From a virus (Duplodnaviria; Heunggongvirae; Uroviricota; Caudoviricetes), in the IMG/VR virus record IMGVR_UViG_2974578479_000001, positions 1-64,000 of that record: a stretch of DNA of 64,000 nt, one strand, 5' to 3'. Below, in pieces: positions 8,736 to 17,743 of the stretch; the stretch's first letter is position 1, and every line of letters begins with the position of its first letter. A program made the translations under genes and the position numbers. The notes beneath the pieces were generated by a model. It did not search any database. It was not told the DNA's origin and saw nothing but the letters and a program-made list of their open reading frames with translations.

Positions 8736-9035
8736 ATGAAATTTACAGTACAAGTCGAAGGGGTTGATCTAGTATCAGTCGTCGCAGCATTACAAGAAGC
8801 CGCTAGACTTATCGAAGATGGGAATACTTCTGGATTTGATCGCAATGAAGATGGGAATTTTTATTTTGTAGAAGGCGATCAGCACTTGTTTAGTACTGGT
8901 GAATCATGTACAATGCATACAGCCGTTTGTGAAATGGTGGAGCGTTTACATCAAGGCAATCATTATGATAATGATGAAGAACGCCAAGCTGATATTGATG
9001 TGATGAATAAATTACAAAAAGTAACAGGACGCTAA
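8736..9035 (+). CDS. hypothetical protein (99 aa)
   Basis: SD agcgagaggataac; in frame with track ORF 8613. Confidence 0.5.
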   Translation: MKFTVQVEGVDLVSVVAALQEAARLIEDGNTSGFDRNEDGNFYFVEGDQHLFSTGESCTMHTAVCEMVERLHQGNHYDNDEERQADIDVMNKLQKVTGR

Positions 9036-9104
9036 ACAACAAGTACTGGTGAAATATCCAGTACTGTTTTTATATACAGCTTATTCTTTAATAGATACAT
9101 TTTC

Positions 9105-9133
9105 GCACCCTGTGGGTCAAAGACATTTCGCTG
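9105..9133 (-). repeat. inverted-orientation copy of the conserved leader element (gcaccctgtgggt ... catttcgctg)
   Basis: its reverse complement reads cagcgaaatg...acccacagggtgc. Confidence 0.55.
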
Positions 9134-9201
9134 TCTATGAAGTAATAATACAGTACTTTGGTAATGGTGTCAAGGATTAAATTAAAATTAAAACGAAAAA
9201 A

Positions 9202-9234
9202 AGCACTTGTAATTATCATGAAGTACTGTATAAT
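9202..9234 (+). promoter_or_regulatory. early promoter cassette variant (AGCACTTGTA)
   Basis: aagcacttgtaattatcatgaagtactgtataat, then tatatcgaaac. Confidence 0.5.
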
Positions 9235-9261
9235 CTTTTATATCGAAACGGGAGAATTGAA

Positions 9262-9564
9262 ATGAGATTTATCAAATACAGTTTGATAGGGTATTTTGGT
9301 ATGGCATTACTTTGTACTGTACTTGTTATATGCATTACCGTATTAGATTATTTCGATGGTGATTTTTACGTTAAGTATATCTATGGTGGTTCACATTTCC
9401 GTTATGTAATTGAATTTGCATTACCTGCGATATTTAAAAGTAGCTTTTGGGGCGTACCGTGTGCTATACTGATAGCATGGAAAGTTGATCGTATCAAGGC
9501 GAATGATATGAATAACCATAGTATTAAAGAGCATTTTGGTATTGACTACCCTAAGAAGGATTGA
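9262..9564 (+). CDS. hypothetical membrane protein (100 aa)
   Basis: hydrophobic segments; cassette. Confidence 0.5.
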   Translation: MRFIKYSLIGYFGMALLCTVLVICITVLDYFDGDFYVKYIYGGSHFRYVIEFALPAIFKSSFWGVPCAILIAWKVDRIKANDMNNHSIKEHFGIDYPKKD

Positions 9565-9568
9565 TATA

Positions 9569-9814
9569 ATGAGTACCACATTGAAAGCACTGGTGTCATT
9601 ATTATTCTCAGTACTGTTAACATTCTTATTGTTAACGGAGGCAAGAGATGGTATTGTATGGCGGTTAACAATGTTAGCATATGAAATTGAAGATACTTGG
9701 TATTCTTTCTTGACATATGGTAGCAATGGAGTGTATGCTATATTTCTAGCTGGTATACTTTACATTTTATTTTGTTTAATGTTTGCTATGATGGGAGATA
9801 GTCATGAGAGTTGA
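9569..9814 (+). CDS. hypothetical membrane protein (81 aa)
   Basis: two or three hydrophobic helices. Confidence 0.45.
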   Translation: MSTTLKALVSLLFSVLLTFLLLTEARDGIVWRLTMLAYEIEDTWYSFLTYGSNGVYAIFLAGILYILFCLMFAMMGDSHES

Positions 9815-9959
9815 GCCAATCAGTAGAATTATTAAGTTAGCAAGTAGTACTGTCAAGAATGAATATCCAAAAAATATTGTTGACAGTACTAGCAGTACGG
9901 TGGTACATTTAGGTCAAGCAACAACGGGTTGCTATGATAAACGTGGTTTAATAAAATGA
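9804..9959 (+). CDS. small hypothetical protein (51 aa)
   Basis: short ORF overlapping the upstream gene by 11 nt. Confidence 0.25.
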   Translation: MRVEPISRIIKLASSTVKNEYPKNIVDSTSSTVVHLGQATTGCYDKRGLIK

Positions 9960-9968
9960 GGATTGAAA

Positions 9969-10826
9969 ATGGGTAAGCATATTTTTTGGGGTTGTTTAGG
10001 TCTGATTGGTTTACTCGCCATTGGTGCGTTGTTGGGTTCGTTCTATACGGTAGACCAACAGGATCGCGGTGTAGTACTGACTAACGGTAAAATTACAGAA
10101 ATTGCCGAGCCTGGTCTGAACTGGAAAAAGCCATTCGTTACATCGGTGATTGAAATTCCGGTAACTGGTCAGAACAAAAGTTATCCGAACCTTAAAGCGT
10201 ACAGCCGCGATCAGCAGCCAGCAGATATGTCGGTTTCCGTATCGTTCGCCGTTCCAGCGGGTAAAGTGGGGGATCTGTATAGTACTTTCGGGACTATCGA
10301 AAACCTTACAGCACGTGTAATTGACCGTCAAGTACCGCAAGCAGTTGAAAACGTATTTGGTCAGTTTAACGCGATTACCGCCGTACAGGATCGTAATAAG
10401 TTAGTTACTAACTTAAACATTGCAATTAAAAAGGCGATGGAAAACTATCCGGTAATTATTGAATCGGTACAGGTTGAAAACTTATCATTCAGCCCTGCAT
10501 ATGAAAAATCAATTGAAGAACGTATGCAAGCCGAGATCGCAGTAACTAAACGTGAGCAGGACTTTGCACAGGCTAAGATCTCAGCGTCAATCACGGTTGC
10601 CAACGCACAGGCCGAAGCTGATAGCCAGCTTGCTAAGGCAACAGCAGCAGCGAAAGCGACACGCCTACAGGGTGAAGCTGATGCAGCAGCAATTAAGGCG
10701 AAGTCTGACGCACTTAGCAATAATCCGCAACTCGTACAGTTGGCAGCAGTTGACAAGTGGGATGGCGTACTACCTACACAAATGGTTCCAGGTTCTACCG
10801 TTCCATTCGTGAATCTCAACAAGTAA
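9969..10826 (+). CDS. SPFH/band-7 (prohibitin/HflC-like) membrane protein
   Basis: N-terminal TM then SPFH-like core; SD tgagga; higher GC. Confidence 0.8.
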   Translation: MGKHIFWGCLGLIGLLAIGALLGSFYTVDQQDRGVVLTNGKITEIAEPGLNWKKPFVTSVIEIPVTGQNKSYPNLKAYSRDQQPADMSVSVSFAVPAGKVGDLYSTFGTIENLTARVIDRQVPQAVENVFGQFNAITAVQDRNKLVTNLNIAIKKAMENYPVIIESVQVENLSFSPAYEKSIEERMQAEIAVTKREQDFAQAKISASITVANAQAEADSQLAKATAAAKATRLQGEADAAAIKAKSDALSNNPQLVQLAAVDKWDGVLPTQMVPGSTVPFVNLNK

Positions 10827-10839
10827 TTGTATCACAAAA

Positions 10840-10866
10840 AGCCTCGCAAAGTCGAGGCTTTTTTAT
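10840..10866 (+). terminator. rho-independent terminator (agcctcg-caaagt-cgaggct plus tttttt)
   Basis: hairpin plus T-tract. Confidence 0.75.
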
Positions 10867-10895
10867 TATGAACACAATTAAAATTCAAATGTAAA

Positions 10896-10930
10896 AGTAC
10901 TTGTATTATATGGCTGATGCTGTTATAGTA
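10896..10930 (+). promoter_or_regulatory. early promoter cassette variant
   Basis: aaaagtacttgtattata...tatagt, then tatatcgaag. Confidence 0.5.
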
Positions 10931-10958
10931 CTTATATCGAAGCACAGGAGATAATCAA

Positions 10959-11138
10959 ATGGAAGAACTATTGAAGTACTGGAAACGGTTTAGTAATGTA
11001 CCAGTTAATAACAATGACGAGATAGAAGAAAGTTTCTTGCATTTTGATATTGGTACTGATAGAATAGATGTGTGGCAATGGTTCGAAGCACAACATTCTG
11101 ATTTTAATGTATCAAAACTTTTAAGTGGAGAAGTATAA
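10959..11138 (+). CDS. small hypothetical protein (59 aa)
   Basis: SD cacaggagataatc; TAATG overlap with the next gene. Confidence 0.4.
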   Translation: MEELLKYWKRFSNVPVNNNDEIEESFLHFDIGTDRIDVWQWFEAQHSDFNVSKLLSGEV

Positions 11139-11563
11139 TGAAAGTACTTTATATTAGTCAAGCCCCACAAGAAGTACAAAAAGCTTTTGGGCATGTACGG
11201 GCGTTGTTTCCTGATGTAAGTCAAGTACTTTATGATCAGGATTGTCGCTGGTGCTATGAAGGGGAAAACAATTACTTCCCTGATTTCGACACAAAAGAAG
11301 TTGATACAAATATACTTGAATCCGGTGCTGATTCACAGTATAATATTGAAGTACCAGTACTTTACAAGATGTTTAAAGAAGTGCTGGTGGCTAAGTGTGA
11401 AGTACCAGATAAGCCAACGGTAACACTTACACAGATCGACCATGATTTGTGGGAAGTAAATGTAGGCGTGGCTGCACATACATGGGAAACTTTAGAATCT
11501 GGTTTAGCAGAATTTAAAGATTCGATTAATGAATATCAATTAAAAATTCCACGTTCTATGTAA
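11138..11563 (+). CDS. hypothetical protein (141 aa)
   Basis: translationally coupled ORF. Confidence 0.5.
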   Translation: MKVLYISQAPQEVQKAFGHVRALFPDVSQVLYDQDCRWCYEGENNYFPDFDTKEVDTNILESGADSQYNIEVPVLYKMFKEVLVAKCEVPDKPTVTLTQIDHDLWEVNVGVAAHTWETLESGLAEFKDSINEYQLKIPRSM

Positions 11564-11574
11564 TTATTACCAAA

Positions 11575-11609
11575 AGTACTTGACAGAAGTTATCGAGTAC
11601 TTTATAATA
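11575..11609 (+). promoter_or_regulatory. early promoter cassette
   Basis: agtacttgacagaagttatcgagtactttataat. Confidence 0.55.
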
Positions 11610-11639
11610 ATCACATCAACCACACAAGAGGCACTAAAA

Positions 11640-11960
11640 ATGGAAAAGACAGTATATTGCGGCACAAGAACATTGGCACGTGAAGCAGCAAAAGAACTCA
11701 ACGGCAAATTTAAAGATATGGGCAAAGATGCTCCATATGGTGAACGTTGGGTAGTACTGATTGAAGTTCCAGACGTTCAAGAAGAAGTACATACTCAATT
11801 CGTTGATACTCTGCCAGAAGATGCAGTACGTGTACTGAATCAACCAACAGGCTTTAAAGGTGAACAGACGTTGAAGACTTCCAATAACAAGCCTGTACGG
11901 GTGTTGTGGCGTCGTTCTAAAGTTACTATGCGACTAGCCGCACATCTGGCGAAAGCTTAA
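11640..11960 (+). CDS. hypothetical protein (106 aa)
   Basis: SD acaagaggcac. Confidence 0.5.
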   Translation: MEKTVYCGTRTLAREAAKELNGKFKDMGKDAPYGERWVVLIEVPDVQEEVHTQFVDTLPEDAVRVLNQPTGFKGEQTLKTSNNKPVRVLWRRSKVTMRLAAHLAKA

Positions 11961-11972
11961 CAGTAACCGATT

Positions 11973-11997
11973 GGGGGCGTTATATGCCCCCTTAATT
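11973..11997 (+). terminator. terminator-like hairpin gggggc-gttatat-gccccc
   Basis: 6-bp GC stem; weak T-tract. Confidence 0.45.
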
Positions 11998-12012
11998 AAG
12001 TGAGTACACTAC

Positions 12013-12255
12013 ATGAAAAAGGTTCAAGTAGATAGTACACAATTACGAATACATTTCAAGGCACAAACAAAAGTACTTGACAAAGCTATTCGTGTTGTGA
12101 AAGAATACAACACTGGTAAAGTAAGGCCAAGACGATTAGGGTGTGGATTGTTTTCAGTACTGGATGTTTCCCGTAACGAGCGAATCGTTATTAAAGATAA
12201 CACACTGAATCTAATGACGCATGAACAATATAATAAATTCGTTGAACGCCGTTGA
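12013..12255 (+). CDS. hypothetical protein (80 aa)
   Basis: SD ttaagtgagtac. Confidence 0.5.
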   Translation: MKKVQVDSTQLRIHFKAQTKVLDKAIRVVKEYNTGKVRPRRLGCGLFSVLDVSRNERIVIKDNTLNLMTHEQYNKFVERR

Positions 12256-12307
12256 CATAATCCCCTAAATACGTATATAATAACTTATACGATTAGGGGA
12301 TTTTATT

Positions 12308-12775
12308 ATGCCTGGAAAATTCAGATCCAAGAGTGGTGCTACACTAGCAGGACACTCTGATAAATGGAGCGATGAGAATCGTTCAGCAAGTAGCCATGAA
12401 GCGGGGCAAGGCAGTAAAGGCAGTCGCAATCAAGGTACTGGCATTCAAGGAAAAGTTAACGCAATGCCATCACAGGGAATAGATACTTCCCGCATGGATA
12501 AATCAGAAAAGCTAAAGTACTTTAATTCATTAGGGTTACTACAGCCAGAACAAAAGCAAGAACTTTCTATAAAAACATGGCCTGATACTTTACGTAAAGT
12601 ATTCAAAGACGAGCCAGTATATATCAAAGACATTACCGCCGCTTTAAAATCAGTACCGCAAGCAAACTACCCGCAAGCAGTACAAGCAGGATTCAACGCC
12701 ACACAAGAGACAATGAATCAAACCGATGATGTTTATGACATATACGCCGCTATCATGCAAGCCATTCAGGGTTAA
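12308..12775 (+). CDS. hypothetical protein, disordered Ser/Gly/Gln-rich N-terminus (155 aa)
   Basis: ORF after hairpin aatcccctaa...ttaggggatt. Confidence 0.5.
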   Translation: MPGKFRSKSGATLAGHSDKWSDENRSASSHEAGQGSKGSRNQGTGIQGKVNAMPSQGIDTSRMDKSEKLKYFNSLGLLQPEQKQELSIKTWPDTLRKVFKDEPVYIKDITAALKSVPQANYPQAVQAGFNATQETMNQTDDVYDIYAAIMQAIQG

Positions 12776-12780
12776 AAAAA

Positions 12781-12800
12781 GGGTTGACTTAGGTCAGCCC
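12781..12800 (+). promoter_or_regulatory. PeSL-like stem-loop promoter (gggttgacttaggtcagccc)
   Basis: TTGACT inside the stem. Confidence 0.5.
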
Positions 12801-12841
12801 TTTTGCTATTGTATCAGTACTTAAACAAAAGGAACAAAATC

Positions 12842-13192
12842 ATGAGAAAACTTCTTTTAGCTACATTACTCTTTGCTGGTGCTGTAAACGCACAAACTTA
12901 TGTTTGCAACACTTACACAGTATATCAGGGTGTTGGGAATGGTCAGTACAATAAAATTGATAACAGTACGCCATCATTCAGTACTATCATCGAAACATCA
13001 CGCGATGTAATTAAAGTGTATGTTAAAGGTGAAGAAAGTACTTATACCGAATTCTGGAAAGATTACAATGATTATCGTAATGATACCGGATTGATTAAAC
13101 AGTCTGGTAATGAATTCGAAATCAAAACAGCGATTGAAGATCCTACAGGAACCGCATACATTCCAGTAAAAATAGAATACCATTGCAAATAA
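12842..13192 (+). CDS. secreted/periplasmic hypothetical protein (signal peptide MRKLLLATLLFAGAVNA)
   Basis: classical signal peptide with AxA cleavage motif. Confidence 0.55.
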   Translation: MRKLLLATLLFAGAVNAQTYVCNTYTVYQGVGNGQYNKIDNSTPSFSTIIETSRDVIKVYVKGEESTYTEFWKDYNDYRNDTGLIKQSGNEFEIKTAIEDPTGTAYIPVKIEYHCK

Positions 13193-13202
13193 TTAAAATA
13201 AA

Positions 13203-13221
13203 GACTTGACTCGTTCAGGTC
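13203..13221 (+). promoter_or_regulatory. PeSL-like stem-loop promoter
   Basis: gacttgactcgttcaggtc plus T-tract; TATACT downstream. Confidence 0.45.
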
Positions 13222-13448
13222 TTTTTTTGTATACTATATTCAATCCAGCGAAATGGACTAACCCTATAGGGTACATAAATGTATCTATTAGATATAGTAC
13301 TGGATGTTTGTACAGTACTAAAAGAATTTAAAAATAAGATGAAAAAGTCCTTGCATTAAAATACAGATTTGCTATTATAACTACATCGAGAGGCGGCAAT
13401 CTCTTGGTAAACAAACTTTAAAACATTTTAATTGAGAGAGAAATAAAC

Positions 13449-13781
13449 ATGGCTAACTTCAACGCACAGAACAAAGTAGACCGTACTCCTGCTCACACTT
13501 TAGAAGTAGGTACAATCGTAGTACACAACTACACTACATTCTGTCATGGTACTATTACTGGCTATGCTCCAGATGGTGCTTACCATGTTTATTTCCCTAC
13601 TGATATGGCACCTAACATGCCTAAGTATCAAGCTAACACAGTAGAAGCCACGCAAAACCGTACCCGTACATTGACGGCTGGATCTGGTTTCTTTGTAAGC
13701 AAACACAAGTCATTCGCGTCTATTCGTGAACTGCAACGCAAGTACCGCCAGAAAGGTGCTGCACTGGAAATGTTAGCATAA
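13449..13781 (+). CDS. hypothetical protein, paralog of the 7029 gene
   Basis: GTIVVHNYTTFCHGTI versus GTVVVHNYGEFTHGTI; identical leader. Confidence 0.6.
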   Translation: MANFNAQNKVDRTPAHTLEVGTIVVHNYTTFCHGTITGYAPDGAYHVYFPTDMAPNMPKYQANTVEATQNRTRTLTAGSGFFVSKHKSFASIRELQRKYRQKGAALEMLA

Positions 13782-13792
13782 CAAATTAAAAA

Positions 13793-13814
13793 GGGGTTGA
13801 CAATGTTCAGCCCC
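13793..13814 (+). promoter_or_regulatory. PeSL-like stem-loop promoter (ggggttgacaatgttcagcccc)
   Basis: TTGACA-17-TATAGT. Confidence 0.5.
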
Positions 13815-13853
13815 TTTGTTATAGTATCAGTACTTAAACGAGAGGATAACAAT

Positions 13854-14075
13854 ATGTTTACTGCATTAGAATCTTTGGTTAGAGAAGAAGTTTCGGAAGA
13901 AGAAGTAAAAGCAGGTTTAAAACTGCGTGATCTTTGCATCCAGAATGATCTGGATATTCCCGAAGTACTAATGACGTTGCATTACTTCAATGGTATTGAA
14001 CCAAAATTAATCATTGACAAAGTATCAGCGTTAAACACGCCGTTAATTGAAAATGCAATGCATGTACTGCATTAA
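13854..14075 (+). CDS. hypothetical protein (73 aa)
   Basis: SD cgagaggataac. Confidence 0.45.
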   Translation: MFTALESLVREEVSEEEVKAGLKLRDLCIQNDLDIPEVLMTLHYFNGIEPKLIIDKVSALNTPLIENAMHVLH

Positions 14076-14197
14076 TGAAAACTATTATTAATGCAATCAT
14101 TCTATCATTTATAATGATACTAGTACAACGTCAAACATCCTTCCCACTGCTTTGTATTATAGCAGTACTGACAGGATTGTTAATTTATAAATGGTAA
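14075..14197 (+). CDS. small membrane peptide (40 aa)
   Basis: TAATG coupling; hydrophobic. Confidence 0.3.
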   Translation: MKTIINAIILSFIMILVQRQTSFPLLCIIAVLTGLLIYKW

Positions 14198-14203
14198 AAA
14201 TAA

Positions 14204-14224
14204 AGGCTTGACACGTTCAAGCCT
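14204..14224 (+). promoter_or_regulatory. PeSL-like stem-loop promoter (aggcttgacacgttcaagcct)
   Basis: TTGACA-17-TATAGT. Confidence 0.5.
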
Positions 14225-14361
14225 TTTTGTTATAGTACTATCACTCCAGCGAAATGGACTAACCCTATAGGGTGTAGTACTGTATCTATAATAAAATAAT
14301 TAAAATTTAAATGAAAAAAGTACTTGCATTAAGTTTTAAGTACTGTATAATGTTTTACATA

Positions 14362-14383
14362 GGGTAAGCAATACCGCTTACCC
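14362..14383 (+). promoter_or_regulatory. 5' leader hairpin gggtaagc-AATACC-gcttaccc upstream of SD ttaagtgagag
   Basis: same loop with compensatory stem changes at 19083-19102. Confidence 0.5.
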
Positions 14384-14404
14384 ATATTAAGTGAGAGAAT
14401 CAAA

Positions 14405-14986
14405 ATGAAATTTACTGAACTGAATGCTGAACAACAAGCTAGAGCAATTGAAGTACATCGTGATATTAATTTGGATGATAATAGTATCTGGTGCGACTTC
14501 ATTCAAGAGCGTTTTCATTCAGAACTAAATGAGTTTGGTTTTGAAGAAGTCGAATCACGTTATAGTGGTTTTTGTTCACAAGGTGACGGGGCAAGCTTTA
14601 CCGCTGATAACGTTGATATTGAAAAGTTCTTGCGTAAAACGAAACGCTGGACACACTATCGTTCATTACATGAATTCATTCGCATTAATGATATTACATG
14701 TATAGTTGTACGTGATAACGGTTCGCGTTATGTTCACTACAACACAACCGAAGCCACGTTAAGCGGTAACTGGTATATAGATCTTAGCCCAAAACAAGAA
14801 TCATTGTATACTGAATTAGAAAAAGAGATCGATGATTTTATAACGGAGAAAGGTCAAGAATATTATTCAGAACTTGACAAGCATTATTATCATCTATTGG
14901 AAGATGAACAAGTCAAGGAAACAATAATAGCTAATGAAATGGAATTTGAAGAAGATCCACGCGAAAGCTGCGTAACTTATATCTAA
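14405..14986 (+). CDS. hypothetical protein (193 aa)
   Basis: cassette plus hairpin leader. Confidence 0.55.
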   Translation: MKFTELNAEQQARAIEVHRDINLDDNSIWCDFIQERFHSELNEFGFEEVESRYSGFCSQGDGASFTADNVDIEKFLRKTKRWTHYRSLHEFIRINDITCIVVRDNGSRYVHYNTTEATLSGNWYIDLSPKQESLYTELEKEIDDFITEKGQEYYSELDKHYYHLLEDEQVKETIIANEMEFEEDPRESCVTYI

Positions 14987-14997
14987 ATTCAAAATAG

Positions 14998-15018
14998 GGA
15001 TTGACAAGTTCAATCCCT
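14998..15018 (+). promoter_or_regulatory. PeSL-like stem-loop promoter (gggattgacaagttcaatccc)
   Basis: TTGACA inside the stem. Confidence 0.5.
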
Positions 15019-15051
15019 TTTGATACTCTATCAGTACTGAAACGGAGTTAT

Positions 15052-15174
15052 ATGAAAAAGAAATATATAGTTCTGTACAGTACTTTAAACGAAGCTTACA
15101 TTCAAGGCCAAAAAATGGAACGCATTGTTCAAGTACTGATTGTTATTTTATTCATTTTGTACTGGATACTGTAA
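15052..15174 (+). CDS. small membrane peptide (40 aa)
   Basis: SD aacggagttat; hydrophobic C-terminus. Confidence 0.3.
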   Translation: MKKKYIVLYSTLNEAYIQGQKMERIVQVLIVILFILYWIL

Positions 15175-15324
15175 TGAGAATAATCAAGTACTACAATGGT
15201 GTAAGTATTAAAATGATTGATACCGATCATTTTGTAGTACAGAAAGGCCGTATAAAAATTACTTGCAAACGTGCCGTAATTGCATTATACTATTTCTATC
15301 AACTAATCATTAAGTGAGAAGAAA

Positions 15325-15660
15325 ATGAGAAAACCAAACGTAGAATTACTTTGCGATTCACATCATGGCGTTTACATTCCGCAAATTATGATCCATCGTC
15401 TTAAAGACAATGGTTGGCGTAATATTCCACTTAATGCCGTGGAAGTACTTTCGCATCCAGATAATGAAGATTATTGGGATACATGGAATCAAGTACTTGA
15501 CAATGCTGAATGGCATGATGAATACACTACACAAGTCTTTAAGCTACATCATGATGGTGACTTGTGGGCGTATTGTGAAGCGTCAATGTCGCCTACAGAG
15601 TATCATAACATGTTCGGTGAATATCCTGAATGGTTCAATGAAGAACTCGAAGAAGCTTAA
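15325..15660 (+). CDS. hypothetical protein (111 aa)
   Basis: SD ttaagtgagaagaaa. Confidence 0.5.
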   Translation: MRKPNVELLCDSHHGVYIPQIMIHRLKDNGWRNIPLNAVEVLSHPDNEDYWDTWNQVLDNAEWHDEYTTQVFKLHHDGDLWAYCEASMSPTEYHNMFGEYPEWFNEELEEA

Positions 15661-15674
15661 AAGAATTACAAAAA

Positions 15675-15696
15675 GTACTTGACTACGGTCAGGTAC
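15675..15696 (+). promoter_or_regulatory. PeSL-like stem-loop promoter (gtacttgac-tacg-gtcaggtac)
   Basis: perfect 9-bp stem; TTGACT-17-TATAGT. Confidence 0.5.
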
Positions 15697-15873
15697 TTTG
15701 TTATAGTTATATTACTCCAGCGAAATGGACTAACCCTATAGGGTGCAGTACTGTACCTATAATAAAAATAATTAAAATTCAAATGAAAAAGTCCTTGCAT
15801 TAGAATATCAGTACTGTATAATCTTTTACATAGACAGGAGATAGTCTCTTGTCAAAGCAAAGGAATTACAATC

Positions 15874-16221
15874 ATGATTAGCATCCAATCTACTCTTAAT
15901 GACCTGATCGCACATCGTGAACGCCTGTTGAATGAATCCATCAAACATGCGTCAACTATTGGTTATGTGTATATTAGACCATTTAACTTAGGCTTGCTGG
16001 TGGAACAATTACCCGAAGGTGTACAAGTCGGGCCAGCGATGGGCGATGAACTCCCTACTATCTTCTCTGAACGTATGGCTAATGCCAATCTTTCTCTTGT
16101 AAAGAGTATTGCAAAAGAGCCAGAAGTCAAATTTGTTTCTATCCAAAAATATATTTCAGATTCACTTGAAAGTACTGAAAACACTATCAAGATGATTCAA
16201 TCATTACAACCAGAAATTTAA
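15874..16221 (+). CDS. hypothetical protein (115 aa)
   Basis: leader hairpin gacaggaga-tag-tctcttgtc. Confidence 0.5.
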   Translation: MISIQSTLNDLIAHRERLLNESIKHASTIGYVYIRPFNLGLLVEQLPEGVQVGPAMGDELPTIFSERMANANLSLVKSIAKEPEVKFVSIQKYISDSLESTENTIKMIQSLQPEI

Positions 16222-16230
16222 TTAAAAATA

Positions 16231-16251
16231 GGGGTTGACGAGAGTCAGCCC
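16231..16251 (+). promoter_or_regulatory. PeSL-like stem-loop promoter (ggggttgacgagagtcagccc)
   Basis: TTGACG-18-TATAAT. Confidence 0.5.
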
Positions 16252-16438
16252 TTTTTGCTATAATAATTCCAATGAAGCGAAATTCACTAACCCTATAGGG
16301 TGCGGAAGTGTATCTATATCTTTTAGTACTGTATATCTGTACAGCAAAAATAAATTAAAAATAAGATGAAAAACAGCTTGCAATGTAATGCTGGTGGATG
16401 TATTATATCTATATCGAAACAGCAACGGGGTACAAGAA

Positions 16439-16678
16439 ATGGCTAATAAAGAATTTGAATTTAAAGTTAGAAAATGGTCAGATACTAATGCTAGACCGTT
16501 TGATGTAGTACTGTTGGACTATCTCAAAAACAATCAGCATTATCAACCTAACGTTGAATTCAGTACTGAAGCCTTAGCCAATCAACATTTGGTTTCGTTG
16601 CAAAATTCAGTACTTAACAATCCTGATAGTGTTAACTTTATTCGTGATCATTGGCCTGTTGATGGTGGCATCGAATAA
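16439..16678 (+). CDS. hypothetical protein (79 aa)
   Basis: tatatcgaaac leader; SD. Confidence 0.45.
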   Translation: MANKEFEFKVRKWSDTNARPFDVVLLDYLKNNQHYQPNVEFSTEALANQHLVSLQNSVLNNPDSVNFIRDHWPVDGGIE

Positions 16679-16761
16679 AAATTTAAACGTAAAAAGTACT
16701 TGACTACATCAGTTGAGTACTTTAAAATAGAATCTTAATCAACGCAATAGGAAACGAAATC

Positions 16762-17655
16762 ATGAAAATGTACAAAGGTATCGCAGGTAAAGCAATCAAA
16801 GAAAACCGTCCACTGCTAAGATCAGAACTGGAACTGGTTGTTCCTTCTATCTTTTCAAGTACTGGACACGAATCACGTTCAGCACGGTTCGCACCTGTTG
16901 CAACAATTGACGTTGTTGACCGCTTAGCAAAGGAAGGTTATCAACCATTCTTTGCGATTCAGTCAAATGTACGTGACGAATCTAAACGTGAATTTACTAA
17001 ACATATGCTGCGTTTCCGTCAGCATGATGGCAAAACATCCGGCGAATCTAATGAGATCATTCTCGTTAACGCCAACGATGGCACAAGTGCCTATCAATTG
17101 ATGGCTGGTCAATTCCGTTTCGTTTGTGCTAATGGTCTAGTTATGGGCAATATGAAGCATAACACAAAGATCTATCACAAAGGTAACAACATCATGGATG
17201 ACGTTATCGAGGGCGTTTACACTGTAGTAAAAGACTTTGATAACATCGAACGTTACAAACATGAAATGCAACGTATCCAGCTTAATGATGTTGAGCGTAA
17301 GACATTCGCCACCGCTGGCTACCTCATGAAAGAAGGTTTGCCAGAAAGTGGTTCACTGGATGACGCTGTTTATAACCCATTACAGTTGTTATCACGCAAT
17401 GGCCTGAACAGCCTTGACCAGTACGATAACAGCTTATACAGTACTTTTAACACTGTACAGCAGCACTTAATTAACGGCGGTCAACGCTCATTCATGGAAG
17501 ATCGTAACGGTCGCACCCGCCGCCGTTCAAGCCGTGGAGTTACTAATATCAATAAGAACATTGACATTAATAGTAACTTATGGCAACTCGCTACTGCACT
17601 GGTAGAAAAGAATACTAAGGTTGTGCATGATATTGTTGACGCACAATTATCATAA
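16762..17655 (+). CDS. hypothetical protein (297 aa), possibly of the phage/plasmid DUF932 type; higher GC
   Basis: long ORF with SD aggaaacg; family assignment from memory only. Confidence 0.55.
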   Translation: MKMYKGIAGKAIKENRPLLRSELELVVPSIFSSTGHESRSARFAPVATIDVVDRLAKEGYQPFFAIQSNVRDESKREFTKHMLRFRQHDGKTSGESNEIILVNANDGTSAYQLMAGQFRFVCANGLVMGNMKHNTKIYHKGNNIMDDVIEGVYTVVKDFDNIERYKHEMQRIQLNDVERKTFATAGYLMKEGLPESGSLDDAVYNPLQLLSRNGLNSLDQYDNSLYSTFNTVQQHLINGGQRSFMEDRNGRTRRRSSRGVTNINKNIDINSNLWQLATALVEKNTKVVHDIVDAQLS

Positions 17656-17679
17656 TAATTAAGTACTAAAATCATGTAA

Positions 17680-17701
17680 GGGGTTGACACTTGTCAGCCC
17701 C
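17680..17701 (+). promoter_or_regulatory. PeSL-like stem-loop promoter (ggggttgacacttgtcagcccc)
   Basis: near-identical copy at 18098-18119. Confidence 0.55.
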
Positions 17702-17743
17702 TTTTGCTATACTTCTTTTACACCAACCGGAAAGGAAAAACAA

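Noticed and set aside
10011-10822. Minus-strand ORFs 10011-10340 and 10445-10822, and + strand 10552-10812
   Set aside because: They are alternate-frame shadows inside the SPFH gene, and similarly for most other minus-strand track ORFs. The window is transcribed almost entirely on the + strand.
15410-15682. Overlapping + strand ORF 15410-15682, and likewise 11232-11423, 20165-20386, 29761-29946, 45068-45400, 59229-59489
   Set aside because: These are alternate-frame ORFs wholly inside better-supported genes that have SD sequences and cassette contexts.
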